NCBI GenBank assembly: GCA_024137785.1 | Contig: JAHRHZ010000035.1 | Location: 19,402,846-19,466,845 of the forward strand | DNA: 64,000 bases | DNA from: Ginglymostoma cirratum | Taxonomy: Eukaryota | Direction: 5' to 3' | In this document: piece after piece, positions 49,410 through 63,346 of the stretch | How positions within the stretch are numbered: the stretch's first letter is position 1 | Layout: each line of letters opens with the position of its first letter | Notes under the pieces: model-generated | The model's database searches: none | What the model was told of the DNA's origin: nothing | What the model saw: the letters and a program-made list of their open reading frames with translations, nothing else | Position numbers and translations under genes: made by a program

Positions 49410-50021
49410 TGTTGTGACCATATACAGTTCTGCCGAATCAAAGTGGGAATCGCTGCAGTTGAAGCTTCCCAAGCCATTGCAAGAAACACAAAATAGTTTC
49501 TCTTCTGGAAAAGAGTATAGGACAGTTCAGAGAGTAAGTTACTTTAGCAAAGAAAGTTCCTTTGTGGAATCTCAGGATTATTTGGTTTCAAATTGGCAGA
49601 TTATTAAAAGGCTGAGAGAACCCAAGCTTGTAGTTTTATGGGTATTCGTGTAAGAAAACAGTTCACAGGAATGACCTGGACAGGAAGAGTCAGTTGAGTC
49701 AAACTTAAAGATTTGAGATGGAGGGTTACTTTCGCTGGATGTGAAACTGTAGCATGATGGTACAAGGAGTAGATGAGACATTGTTTTGTTGTGTGTTTTA
49801 ACAATTTTCAAACAGTGTTCTATGTTTAGAAGCTTGGTTTTTATATAATTCCTTTTTTTTGGTAACGAGGTTTTGTTTATTGTTGGGGAGAAGCTGCAGC
49901 CTCATGTGCTTACCACACATGTGAATGACCACCATGTTAAACTTAAAGAAATAGTCTATCAAGCCAGATTTCATTATCCAAAGTGATTTGTCCAGGAGGA
50001 ACATTAGTTGGAATCATAACA
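49410..50021 (+). mobile_element. Putative solo LTR
   Basis: Termini tgttgtga...tcataaca (7/8 inverted, TG...CA); no TSD; strand uncertain. Confidence 0.45.
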
Positions 50022-50064
50022 ATCATCTGCAGTTGGTTAGTTTCAGAAGTTAGTTTATATAAAA

Positions 50065-51755
50065 TAGAGTCAAAGAATCATAGAGATATATAGCACGGAA
50101 ACAGCCCCTGCAATCCAGCTTGTCCATGCCAACCAGATATCCTAAATAAATCTAGATCCATTTGTCAACATTTGGGTCATATCCCTCTAAACCCAACCCT
50201 CTAAACCTATTCATATCCCCATCCAGATGCCTTTTAAATGTTGTAACTGTACCAGCCTCCACCACTTCCACTGGCAGCTCATTCCATACACACATCACCC
50301 TCTGTGTGAAAAAGTTGCCCCTTATGTTCCTTTTAAATCTTTCCCCTCTCACCTTAAACCTATGCCCTCTAGTTTTGGACTCCCTCATGTGGAGGAAAAG
50401 ACCTTGGCTATTTAGTCTATCCATGCCCCTCATGATTTTATAGACATCTATAATGTCACTCTTGAGCTTCCAACACTAGTTCCAGCCCCAGTCTATTCAA
50501 CTTCTCCCGATAGCTCTAACGCTCCAATCCTGGCAAAATCCTTGTAAATCTTTCCTGAACCCTTTCAAGTTTCACAACATCTTTCCTATAGAAGGGAGAC
50601 CAGAATTGCACACAATATTCCAATTGTGGCCTAACTAAGGTCCTGTACAGTCACAACATGACCTCCCAACTCCTATACTCAATGCACTGACCAATAAAGG
50701 CAAGTATACCAAATGCCTTCTTCACTATCCTGTCCACCTGTGACTCCACTTTCAAGGAAGTATGAACCTGCATTCCAATGCCTCTTTGTTCAGTAACACT
50801 CCCCAGGACCTTACCATTAAGTGCATAAGTCCTGCCCTGATTTGCCTTTCCAAAATGCAGCAGCTCACATTTATCTAAAATAAACTCCATCTGCCACTCC
50901 TCAGCCGATTGGTCCATCTGTTCAAGGTTCTGTTGTACTCTGAGTAACCTTCTTTGCTGTCCACTACACCTCCAATTTTGATGTCGTCTGCAAACATACT
51001 GACCATACTTCCAATGTTCACATCCAAATCATTTATATAAATGATGAAAAACAATGGACCCAGCATCAATCCTTGTGGCACACCGCTGGTCACAGGCCTC
51101 CAGTCTGAAAAGCAACCCTCCACTACTACCCTCTACCTTCGAGCCAGTTCTATATCCAATTGACTAGTTGTCCCTGTGTTCCACGTAATCTAACTTTGCT
51201 AACCAGTCTACCATGAGGAACCTTGTCGAACGCCTTACTGAAGTCCACATAGATAATGTCCACCGCTCTGCCCTCATCAATCCTCTTCATTACATCTTCA
51301 AAAAACTCAATCAAGTTGGCAGCACAGTGGCTCAGTGGTTAGCATTGCTGCCCCACAGCACCAGGGACCCAGGTTCAATTCCAACCTCAGGCGACTGTCT
51401 GGGTAGAGTTTGCACATTCTCCCCATGTCTGCGTGGGTTTCCTTCAGGTGCTCTGGTTTCCTCCCAAAGTCCAAAGATATGCAGGCTAGATGAATTATCC
51501 ATACTAAATTACCCATAATGTCCAGGGATATGTAGATTAGGTAGGTTAGCCATGTGAACAGCAGGGATAGGATGAAGTTGTGAGTCTGCATGGAATGCTC
51601 TTCAGAGAGTTGGTGTGGATGTGTTGGGCCGAATGGCCTGTTTCCACACTGTAGGAATTCTATAATTCTATGACCTAAGTTAGTGAGACATGATTTCCCA
51701 CTCACAAAGCCAAGTTGACTATCCCTAATTAGTCCGTGCTTTCCAAATACATGTG
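50065..51755 (-). mobile_element. CR1 3' part (same family as 212-1458) with an HE1 insertion
   Basis: [50 protein letters not shown] and RGHRFKVRGERFK. Confidence 0.94.
51318..51676 (+). mobile_element. HE1 (V-SINE), full length
   Basis: Head, V domain and tail present; TSD aagtt at 51313-51317 and 51677-51681. Confidence 0.93.
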
Positions 51756-52149
51756 GTAAACTAGATAACATGTTGTGAAGCAGACATTACAGCAAAGCAA
51801 CCAATTTCCACATGTGCAGCATGCAAACCCATAGCAAACTAACAGAACAGGCACAGTCACAACATTGTATATACACACCACACAGAGTCCCAAAAAATAA
51901 ACACTCTCAAAGGTGTATATGACATATCTGTGCAATGTTAGTGCCACATCCTTCCAGGTTTGCTGGCATGGACAGCAGCAATCTCCAAGTCATGATGTCA
52001 GGTTTCTTGAAGGGCATTTATAGGTGAAACTTCATGCCTGGATGCCATGCCCTCCTCCCACCTGACTATGTGTTCAAGCTGCTTCTGTAATAGTCAGTAA
52101 ACTTTCCTTAAAAGCATTAGGGAAACATTGCTGTGAAATGCAATGAAGT

Positions 52150-52790
52150 TAATGACAGTCTCTCTCACTTAGGCAGTCTGTGGGTTCGAAGATGGCTTGA
52201 TTCTACTCATGTTTGACGCTTTCTGATATGGTTAATAAATCCAACATGTGACCTTCAGATTCTTCCAAATTCAGGTAAGACAGTGCTTGAAACGGTTGAG
52301 TCAATAGTTCGTTGGAGGTTTGTGCACTGCCTCCAAAATCTTTGCCTTTACATGTTCCCGACAAAGGGTTCTCAACGTGTTTGATGCTTTCCCTATCAGC
52401 CTTCTACATTTTGCTTCGTGTCAAGCAAAGGTGTAGTCTCAAACATTCCCATGAATTAGCAGGAATGTTTGACCTCTTCATTTGATGACATCTCTAAAAT
52501 ATTTCCACAGTCCTGTGAGTATCCTGCTGCCCTCGAATCACTTCAGCAGTCTGGTGTCAGGCATGTGAACTGCATGCGCTGACCAAAGGTAGTTTTGAGG
52601 GATTAGCATATAGATGCTGGGCTAATTGTCTTCTGAGTTGGCACTGATGTGAAGGATCTTGCAAAGTCACCTCTGGTGATATCTCCCCAGTACTTTGAGG
52701 TGTCTGTTGTATGTTGTCCAAGTCTCTAAAGCATATAGGAACATGAAGATATCTACTGCCCAGTAAACTGTAAACTTAGGATGGGTGTTC
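52150..52790 (-). mobile_element. RTE-clade LINE 3' fragment
   Basis: Reverse strand reads VYWAVDIFMFLYALETWTTYNRHLKVLGRYHQR*LCKILHI. Confidence 0.75.
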
Positions 52791-53683
52791 CCCTCTCTGA
52801 GGTGGCAAGAATGATACAAGTGAGATGACTTAATTAGCCTGGAGTCAAAAGATCAAATATATTTTCACAATAGGCTTTTTGGCGGGATTGCGCAAGTGAG
52901 TTATATTTTTGTCTTACATTAAATAAAATATTTGTTTATTTGCACACATTCCACCTTGACAAAATGACACATTCACCTCAAAGTGCAATCCAAATACAAA
53001 CCATTAACTGTCCATTAGGAATGGAATCTAATTCCTCCCAGAGCTTGATATAATTCGGGGCAGGTCTCTGGAAAACCTTTAATGGAGAATAACACAAGGT
53101 GAAGCTCCAGAGACTGCAAGTATTAAGAAGAATTCAACTAACGCAGTCAAGCATTCAGATCATTGTGTGAGTTGGAAGACAATTAAACATTTGGCAGGAT
53201 GAACTGATTTTAGTTGACTCGGCAGCCATCAATAGATCTCACTGTCAGCAGACTTGCATTCAAATTATTATCTCAGCTGCATAGAATCAGAACTCATATA
53301 CATCCACCCCAAACTAATTTAATCATGCCATTTAACCATGATTCATATATTTTCTGAGAACGACACTAAAATGCCCAATAAACATTATCTATAAAATTAA
53401 ACAATTAAAATCTACAATTACATCAGGTCATACTTTGCTGAATTTCATGTTTCTGGGGAGAACAGACGAAACAATTTGGTCAGGGTAGACACCCTTAATT
53501 ACTAATGAACAACAGTGTTCAATATAGCATTTAGCTATATTAATGGCAATGCAAAAATGAGTCTGTGCCAGCCCACAGTTCAGTTGTACCAGGGACTCAG
53601 AGGGTAGAACTTGCCAAATTTTAAACAGTAGCTCTTACCTCTAATTTGATAGATTTACTAGCACGTGAAACTAGAACACGGTC

Positions 53684-53908
53684 TGTGAAATAATTCCACA
53701 GAAACCAGTATCACGTCACCAAGTCACCCTTTATTTACACATAGACAGTCCTTGACACTAATCCAGCTCTCTCAGAGTGAACAGGATGTCTGATAATCCC
53801 GTTTATATCTGTCAGCCAGTGCTCCCTGACTGGGGCTGTTAACCTGGTCCAATCAGAGAACTCATATTCTATGAGGTCCAACTGGCTGACCTCATTACAA
53901 CCACTACA
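53684..53908 (-). mobile_element. Gypsy-type LTR, possibly with adjacent 3' internal remnant to ~54200
   Basis: tgtgaaataa...ccactaca with TG...CA termini; TATA-like and AATAAA motifs in order on the minus strand; homologous to 14072-14303. Confidence 0.75.
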
Positions 53909-56900
53909 ATTTGAGCTTGGGCTGGTGAGTGTGAAAACCTAGTGATCCTGCATCTCTTGACACGCCACAGCCCATGGTTGAAGATGGCAGAGATGAGTAA
54001 TTCTGGACAATGTAGGATGGACGTGTAGGTAAGTCTACGACTTTTAATGTCGAAGGGTTGGAGGTACTTCTTTTAAAAGTGCAGTAAAGCAATGTGACCT
54101 TGGGATGGGGCAGAAGACCACCCTGGAATGAAAGCATTGCCGACATGGAGTAAAGTTGTAGACCAGTAATGAGTCAGCCAGGACCCTTGTACACGGCAGC
54201 AATGCCTCATGCCTCAGAATGAAGTCATGCTGATTGCTCCCTGAGTAATGACCACTGACATGCATACTGATGTTTCTGTGATTAGAAACCGGCTGCTGAT
54301 TAAAGAGCTGAGAATTCATATGAACAGTCCCGATACCCACATGGGTATCAGCTTTGAAGCTTTGCATTTTTACAATGCCTTTGAAATGGGAAAAGCCTCG
54401 CCCCTGCAAAGTGTTTCTGTCTTACTCATTGGTCTCCTCTTAACTCCAGTTGCTCTTCCAAACCAGCTATCCCATGCTTTTCACGATTAGATCTCCATTA
54501 AACACGTTAGAACACTGTTGTATGAAAGGAGCTACATTACTTCAAGTTGTTGTTGAATAGTATATTTAGCAGTAAAACTTGAATTTGAAAGGATGAGCTT
54601 TAAGAAAATGTCTATTGCACCATCCATATAATTAAAACTGCATTTTTCTATGAATGCCAGAAGATAAATCACGATAGTCTTCAGTTCATTTTGGTGGTAT
54701 AAATCCGGTTCCATACTAAATAGATTAAATTTTGGATTGGAAAGCAATTGGAAGACATTTTATATTGATCTTTTTGTCTCGCTACTCCTACCTGATGCAA
54801 GGGGCTGCCAGGTTTTATATTTTCCACTCAGCTGACAAGATACCCCTCTCAGGAGTTAATGAGATGAAGCAAGTTTGAAAAATTTCGGTAATTTCTCCAG
54901 GACAACATATGTTGGCCTAGCTAATGAAGCCCACATCTTAGAACAAATAAAATAAAGTTTAGGATTCTGCATCTCCCCACCCACCTACCCACCTACCCAC
55001 CTTGCAATAGTACAAAACCTATCATATTTCATCTCGCTTCAGCCCCACAGAAACTTGACTCAAAACATTAAGTCTCTTTCTCTCTTCTTTCAGCACCTGC
55101 AGTATTTTGCCTTTTTATCAGGGTTTAAATTGTTCATTATCAAAAGCAAAAAGGGTTAATACCAGTGATTAAGCAGCTGGTTAATTACTCCCTAGTTTAC
55201 AGGATGTGATGACACCCAATAAAAATGTCAGAGATAAGCTGGATGAAAATCAGATTCTATTTGCAGCAATTATACACTAATTCATAGGAAGAGACATCAC
55301 TGGTCTTTGTTGATATCTAATTGTTCAGACATGTTTCAAAACTAAATGACAATCCTGCCATGAATTATATAAATGAGGTTGGAGATTTAAAAAGACCCTT
55401 GCACCTTACTATATCTCTTAGGACTAAAGACTTGCGATTAATTATTTAGACAAGTGCAACAAGCAATTTGCACAAGGCACAGTCATACAAACAGCAAAGA
55501 GATGAACTGTCAGATTATTTATGGTTGGGAGTAATACTGGCAGGGATTCCCATTAATCTTTTTCATATACTACCAAAATATTAATATCCACTTAACAAGA
55601 ACAAGATGACAGGCAGGACTTTGATTGACATTTCAACCAAAGAATGGGATATCTAACAAAGCTATACTTGCTCAGAACTGTAATGAGCACTATATGCTCA
55701 AGCCTGGATGGAATTGTCAGATTAAGTAGAGCGGAGTTTAGAGAGATTATTAGATAGCAACATCAAGTAATACATATCCAATTGGCACAACTAACAATAA
55801 AAGCAACTGAAATTTATGTAAAACAGAAAAACCTACTGGATTTCTGTTTCCTGTGGTAAATAGACTTTTGATTCCTGAATGGAATCTTTTAGCTGCATGG
55901 TCTAGTAAATTGAGTATTTATTACATACATTGTAACTGAAGCTACATTAAAAATATTTATATTTTGTCAATGGCCTACAACAATCTTAAAACCTTTTGAA
56001 TTATCTTTGGAGTCCAGTACTTATTATTATGTAGGCTAACATAGCTGCTTTTATGAACTGGTGACACCAGAGTCACAACAATAAGATGAATGTTTTAAAC
56101 TGTCTCTCAGTAATATATGTTAAAAGAGTAATGTTGTTACATACATCATGGAAATACCATCTTTCTTCAAATATTATCTTACACTATCCTGAAAAAGCAG
56201 GACTTCACTTTGACGATGCGACTTTGGACACTAAGCACAGCGCCATTATTTCAATGTAGTTTCAACTGAGGACCACACTCTGATCTCATTGCGGAGCTTG
56301 CATCAGCCATTTGTTTATTAAGGCAAAGCTGCTGCCAGATCCAAGATGACATCATTTACAAGATTAGCAGATTCCAAATTTTAAACTCGATTCCCAGTGC
56401 GTGACAAAGACACTTTCTGATTCATCTCTTTAAAGTCAGACCTGGTAAATAAAGGAGTATCTGGCTCTAAGTAATATGCCAACAAGTTTAAACAAAAACA
56501 TTTAAAGCAAATACAGCTTCAAGTTATGAAATAAGCACATTGGTGAATTAATCAATGCAGACAATTCAAGAGGCATGAACTATGCCATACCTGAGACTTT
56601 TGAAGTTGTTGGTATTGTCTCATTTTACCACACACCAACAGGTGGATCTTACAGTTTCTGACAAGTTGAGGAACGTAGAATTGAAAGTATGTGCTCCACT
56701 GGGTCCCACTCCTGTTAGCTCTACACAGCAAATCGCATGTCAGACAATCAATTAGGAGATACCCTGCAGGTCGGTGTCAAATTGCTGTGAGGAAGAGGAT
56801 ATCTGTAGCCAAATGGGGAGCAGGGGGAATATCAGCTAGGAGCATTATTCAGCCATGAACCATAAGTCAGTCCTTACCACCAGGTCTCTTCCATCTCACT

Positions 56901-57329
56901 CTCTCCTTATTTGTTAGAAGAACTAAAGAAATAAAGTCTACTACCAGCCAAACATTGACACCTTCACAAGCCAACTCTGCTGCTACACTCAGTCATGTTC
57001 CTGATTGCAGTCCTTTTTGACCTCCTCACATCTACACAAGTAGTACCTAAACTTTGTCCCGTACAACCGCAGAAATATAAAATCGAATTCAATTTCCTCT
57101 GTAACAAACTCAGTTGATTGTTCATTGTTCTTTTCTAAATGTTGGACAGGTTTCCAATTCTAGTGCCCACTTGCCTTCTGTAATGTCGGAAACTGATGGA
57201 ATGACACTGGATTTGCGATCAGACAGTACCATGCCGTATTATACATAAGCAAGAGACAGCAATCTGTCCAAATTTCTGCTATAGAATCAAACCCAACATT
57301 TCTGTTGTTATTTCTAAGCTCCAGCGGCA

Positions 57330-57575
57330 GTCTTGGTGCCATAGAGACTTCAGCATTGTAGGGTAGGAGTGCACTGTAGGAGGCACCATCTCACATGTGA
57401 TTTAAAAGACCTCGTGGTACTATTCAAAAAGGACAACGGAGCACTCACAGTGACCCAGCCAATATTTATGCCTCAACGAATACCTCTAAAACATTACCCG
57501 GTTATTTACCTCATTACTGTTTGTGGGGTACTGTTGTGTGGAAAATGGTGGCTGTGTTTTTCCATATTACAAAGA
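57330..57575 (+). mobile_element. Deu-domain SINE
   Basis: taaaagacctcgtggtactattc...gccaatatttatgcctcaac...cattactgtttgtggggtactgttgtgtggaaaatgg. Confidence 0.65.
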
Positions 57576-59022
57576 AAATCCCACAGATCATGTTGTACGT
57601 GCCAAATTGGGGCATAAAAGGACTCCTGATTTTGGTGGCAAACCTGAATTTGCGTCTATCCTCTGTGTACTTTCCGCTAAGAAATTCTACACTAGCAAAA
57701 GCGACAGGCATTTTTGTAACCTCAAAAATTCATTTTTTAGCCACCTTACAATTCGCTGCATGGGATCAACAGGTGATTCAGTTGGTGTTGCTGGGAGTGT
57801 AAGAAATGCCCACACAGACCAGACTGTACCTGAACAATGAACATAAATCAGTTCCCGTGCAAAGGATTGAAGTACAATGTTGGCTTAAGTTTAAAAGTGC
57901 CATCCTATCAAATGACTGAGCTGCAGAGAAGGAATTTGTACTAGTGAAAAGTTGGTATGAGAATGGTAGAAAGAGGATTGCACTGTAAAGAGGACACCCA
58001 AGATCAACTGCACCCACAGAACGGTGACCAGCACTGGCTTCACCTTGAGAAACATGTATTGAAGTAGATCCTTAACAATACCAGAATTGTTACATTGTCA
58101 CCAGTCATGCAAACACTTAATTGGGCAAAATCAAACCATGGGTCCAGCAGAGATTTCAGAGAAATAGCTAATTGGTTTAGAGTCTTGTATTTTGAATGTT
58201 GGGTTACTGTCTACGTGTCACTTTGTACAATTAATCAATCCAACAATATATGCAATAATGATTTAATTTGAGTTACTAGTGCTGTTTTGTTCTCATTTCA
58301 AAATAGTGATCATTTACATCATAGGTTCATGGTTTATACTCAGTGCATCAGTCATTTTTTTTTAAACCCTGTTTCCTAAAGGATTTTTTTAAGGCTCCAA
58401 AGCTCAACGTATACATCACAATCTATCGTATCTTTTGGATGTGAAGCCCAGATAGGGTTTCTCAAAATCATGAAAAGTGCACTATAAATGCAAGTAATTG
58501 GTTTATTTTTATGTAACTAAATTTCACTGTTTTATTTCTTTGCCAAACTTTAGTCAACATAGTTTTGTACCTCTGGCATACAATTGTATGGAATTTCTCA
58601 AAAACAACAAAATGGCATCTTGATCTTCTGTATTAACTGGGATTAGATCCTTTTAACAGCTTTAGAAAGTGATCCCAATTATTAAATTGATCAATCGTTT
58701 GGGGAAGTTGGCATGATTATTCTATTTGAATCTGTTTAATCGGTTTATCATAGAATTAAATGGCAAAGTAGCCACATGGATTCTCCAATTTAATGTTGCG
58801 TGTCAATGACTGATTCCTACTGGCTGATTTGAGGAAATCAAATTCATTGAAGGCATACAATAAAACAAATATTTTTGGTTCCTTTGCAAAACGATATGAA
58901 ATGTAATGAGAGATAAAAGGTACTGCAGATGCTGGAGAATCCGAGATAACAAGCATGGGGCTGGATGAACACAGCAGGTCAAGCAGCATCATAGGAGCAG
59001 GAAAACTTGACGTTTCGGGCCT

Positions 59023-59422
59023 NNNNNNNNNNNNNNNNNNNNNNNNNNNNNNNNNNNNNNNNNNNNNNNNNNNNNNNNNNNNNNNNNNNNNNNNNNNNNN
59101 NNNNNNNNNNNNNNNNNNNNNNNNNNNNNNNNNNNNNNNNNNNNNNNNNNNNNNNNNNNNNNNNNNNNNNNNNNNNNNNNNNNNNNNNNNNNNNNNNNNN
59201 NNNNNNNNNNNNNNNNNNNNNNNNNNNNNNNNNNNNNNNNNNNNNNNNNNNNNNNNNNNNNNNNNNNNNNNNNNNNNNNNNNNNNNNNNNNNNNNNNNNN
59301 NNNNNNNNNNNNNNNNNNNNNNNNNNNNNNNNNNNNNNNNNNNNNNNNNNNNNNNNNNNNNNNNNNNNNNNNNNNNNNNNNNNNNNNNNNNNNNNNNNNN
59401 NNNNNNNNNNNNNNNNNNNNNN
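59023..59422. other. Assembly gap (400 N)
   Basis: Run of n. Confidence 1.
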
Positions 59423-59522
59423 AGACTTGTCTGCCTCCTCTCCACCTATCCTCTCCTCTATCCATCCTCTATCCGCCTCCCCCTCTCTCCCTATTTATTT
59501 CAGAACCCTCTTCCCCTCCCCC

Positions 59523-59558
59523 ATTTCTGATGAAGGGTTTAGGCCTGAAACGTCAAGT
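59523..59558 (+). ncRNA. Minimal hammerhead ribozyme motif with canonical CUGAUGA core
   Basis: AUUU-CUGAUGA-AGGGUUUAGGCCU-GAAA-CG-UC-AAGU; stem I AUUU/AAGU; GUC triplet, predicted cut after 59554. Confidence 0.6.
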
Positions 59559-59659
59559 TTTCCTGCTCCTATGATGCTGCTTGACCTGCTGTGTTCATCC
59601 AGCCCCATGCTTGTTATCTTGAAATGTAATGAGATCTGCTTACTTCCAAACATCATTAT

Positions 59660-60035
59660 TCCCATTTTCTGAGTACAGTGTAGATTTCCCCAGATTCTAC
59701 TTGTAAAGTTTGCATATTGGACAGTGTTTTCCCTAGAGTAGGGAGTTCAAATCTAGTGGGCATACTTTTAAGGTGAGAGTGGGAAGATTTAAAAGGGAGC
59801 TGAGTGGCAAATTTTTCATATACAGGGTGGTTTGATGTGGAATGAACTGCCAGAGGAAGGGTAGATACAGGTACATTTCCAACATTTAAAATACATTTGG
59901 ACAGGTACATGAATAGGAAAGGTTTACAGGGATATGGATCAAATGCAGGCAAATGAGACTAGTTTAATTTGGGAAACGTGGTCAGCATGGACGAGTCGGA
60001 CTGAAGGGTCTGTTTCTGCGCTGTATGACCCTATA
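59660..60035 (+). mobile_element. CR1 3' fragment
   Basis: ttccctagagtagggagttcaaatctagtgggcatacttttaaggtgagag...gggtctgtttctgcgctgtatgac. Confidence 0.88.
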
Positions 60036-61699
60036 CAGTCTGCACAGAAATATCTTAAGGTGACAAATTCAATCTGATTAAACAATTTACGTGAGCTGAG
60101 ATAAATATTTCAATCCTGGAAACTGAGTTACACAAACAAGGAAAATCTTACATTTAATCTCTAGTCTGAGTTATTCAATTATGCATGGTAGGACTGCTAC
60201 ATTTGACTTTAATATCTTTTTGAATATGAGAGGTAATTCAAACATTGTTTCCACCATCCATCACTCTCCACCAAGCCCAGCTGAAATTACACATGGGCGG
60301 ATTTCGGGTTAAGTCAAGATCAGACTTGATTGTAGTGATTCCAGTTGAATGAACTGCCAACAATCATTGGCTAACCTTACATGTAAATGATGCCTTCGTA
60401 CGTCATCATGCACACAATGCCTTCAGCAGGGAGGGAAGGAAATTTAAAAGAAAAATTAGCACGGAACAGCAATAACATGCCAGGCAGAAGCAACTATGCC
60501 AAGATACTTATTGCAAACCTGTTTCTCATAGTTTTAATAACAACTCCGAAGTCTGCTTGCCTGTAATTATTTACACAGCAATTTCAAAGACAAAGCCTAC
60601 AATCACACCTATTCAATGAGGTACATAATTTCATGTTATTGCATATATTTCTTTGATCCCATAGGTGCTGGCAAAAGTTTATGATTGATATTTCTGGCAG
60701 CAAGTTGATAGATGCTTCAGGTTAAACACAAACATCTTCACACTGCACATTTGACAAATTTATTCCTGCAAACATCAATATTATTCCTGCCAGCATTAAG
60801 TTACTTGAACCTAGGTTTGATAGTATTCATTTGTACATGATATGCCTCAGGGCTTTATTCAAAAAAACAAAGATACGTTGTTTTCTCAGTTACCTAAAAT
60901 TAATTGAAATCTCGCTAATAAAGAGTGTATCCATTTCACAAAGAGAAGTTGAAAAGAATAATCTCATATATCACAACCACCCAAAACTATGGTCCAATAT
61001 TGTATTCAAACTTGCATTTTTTTTGTTTCATTCCATGATACTCAGACTGCAGGTAGACAATATTGTCTGGCCCCAGCTATTTTGTAAAGTCCACAATCAT
61101 TCTTTACCACTTTCATATCTGTTAACTGATTCGCCTTCAAACCAAATGTTTCTCTCACTTAAAATATTTTCACAGCGTTGGAATGCATGTGTTCATATTT
61201 ATGGTCTTTAATTGTAATTAAGCTTTCCTAAAATAACATAATTAGTGTTTGAACTAAAATCCGGGATTTATGAACAAAAAAGGCAAGACTTTGAAGTTTC
61301 AGAGTCAGGTTGGTGTGATGTTCCAAAAAAAATGATTCCTAATCACTCATTTGTGCTGGTTTCATACTCACTTATCAACAGGTATGGTAGTATTTTTGCA
61401 TGATGGAATAAACAGAAAAACTGATTCTGAATGCAATGGAAGATTTTTTTTTTAAAATGTTACTCTATTAGAAGTTGGTAAAGGGTACAATGAATTAACC
61501 TTAAATAATATGTGAAGACCAAGTCCAACACTAGTGACTTGTTACAGTCACAAGTGTACAATTTTCTCCTTGGTGCAATGAGTACCATATGTGTTCACAG
61601 AAAGTTATATTTCAAGTGGTCCAAAGTACAAGTCAGTAGATTTTGAGCTTGCCTGTTTCAAGACTTGAAAAATTTGAGACTGTCATCCTTGAAAACAAA

Positions 61700-62110
61700 A
61701 TAGCAGGCAAGGAAAGAGATGTAGAGTGGTAAATTTAAGACCATTAGCAGGAAATTGTTCTTCACACAAAAGGCAATCAACAAATGGATTATACTTGCAA
61801 GTAGAAAGTCAGACATTCTGGTTGCCATATTATGAAAGGATATGGAGGTGACGGAGAGGATACAGAGAAAACTTAGAAGGATGATACGAGAAATAAATAG
61901 GTGAACATGTGAGGAAAGGATTAATAGACTGGATATCCTTTCTTGAGAAAAGAAGGTTCAGGAGCAACCTAATAAAAATATTCAAATTCTGAATGTTTGG
62001 ACAAAATGAATATGGAGAAAATGGTTCTTCATGTGGGGAACAGCAAAGCTATTAATACAAGCGAGTTACTCAGAAATTCGAGAATTTAAAATAAACTTCT
62101 TTACTCTGTT
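61700..62110 (+). mobile_element. Highly decayed CR1 fragments
   Basis: gaaattgttcttcacacaaaaggc, gaaaggatatggaggtgacggagaggatacagagaaaa and gagaaaagaaggttcaggagcaacctaata. Confidence 0.5.
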
Positions 62111-63346
62111 ACGATAACGATAAAAGGGGACTATCAATGTTCAACTTTTGACTTGAATATTGAGACTTTAATGAACTAAATATAATCTTGAAAAGGACAC
62201 GACTGGCCTAAGATGGTTTTGTGGATGCGGGAGGTAAGTGCGTTTTTCCCTCAACTTTAAAATCTATAATTGTCTTTTTTTATGATCAATATCAAGCTCT
62301 TCTTCAAACATTGCCAAATTCCTCTATATATCCATGCATTGTACACTCGAGTGATGGAGACAAGATAAAGCTCTGGGTTAATCTCCAGTCTGTATTGAAC
62401 CATTTGCTTTAGGTCATTGGTAGTACAGCTGCTACAACTCACCTTTAAATCTCCTTTGATTACAAATATAAATTCAATCAGGGTTCCCATGTCCATCACT
62501 TCCCAGTGGCCCCAACTAAATTACGTGAGTGGACTTAAGGTGAATTCAGTTTTTTTATTAGCTGCATTGCATTTGAACTGAAATCTGAACAAAGGGCAAT
62601 TATACCAGATTTCAATAAATTTAGTGTAACAACAAGCAAGGTGTTGGAATTTCAGAGTATGGTCAAGTAGATTTCACATTGAATCACAAGACCAGTTGTG
62701 CACCAGATGAATTCAGATGTGTGGCCCTTGCATTAAAAAGCGCAAAGATTGAGAATATATTATAAAATTCCATCCTTAAACCTTTCTATCTTACTCTCCT
62801 CCTTTAATACATTCATGCAAGTCTACCTGTTTGGCCAAGCCTTTGGTAATTTCCTCAACATCTTTTTACATAGCATGTGATCAGATAGGTAATGATATAA
62901 ATGAGCAATACTTTTACAAATGTGAACTTGTATTTGTAAAGCAGTGTAAGCTGTGCCATCAATGTGCCCTTAGGAGCATTTCTTTCTCATTACCCTTGTA
63001 TTACATGCACTGTGAAGTGCAGCTCCTAGCCGACAGTGCCTCGCCTGGTGCAAGGCTGGTTTGAAAATTATCCCATGCAGCGAATCTAAGGAATGTGAGC
63101 ACTCTGCCATTACTGAGCACAGAATAGTGTGAGCAGTTTTCCATTGAGATGTGCTGTGTACATCATGAGATGAGCTGTGGAAAATAATGTCACAAAACTC
63201 ACAGAGAGAAATGCCCCATGAATCTCCCCAAAATCGGCAGTAAGCCAATTTATGGTAAAATGCAGCACGTAATATTTTTAACAAAACCAATTGTGGTTGA
63301 ATTAAGGTTGTGTGATCCTTGTAAAATAGTTTCCTAGATATAATAG

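Larger units (their letters stand above)
58912..59619. mobile_element. Penelope element with inverted terminal arms, spanning a gap
   Basis: Exact 15-bp TSD tgaaatgtaatgaga at 58897-58911 and 59620-59634; near-identical inverted arms; pyrimidine-rich segment at 59423-59525. Confidence 0.9.
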
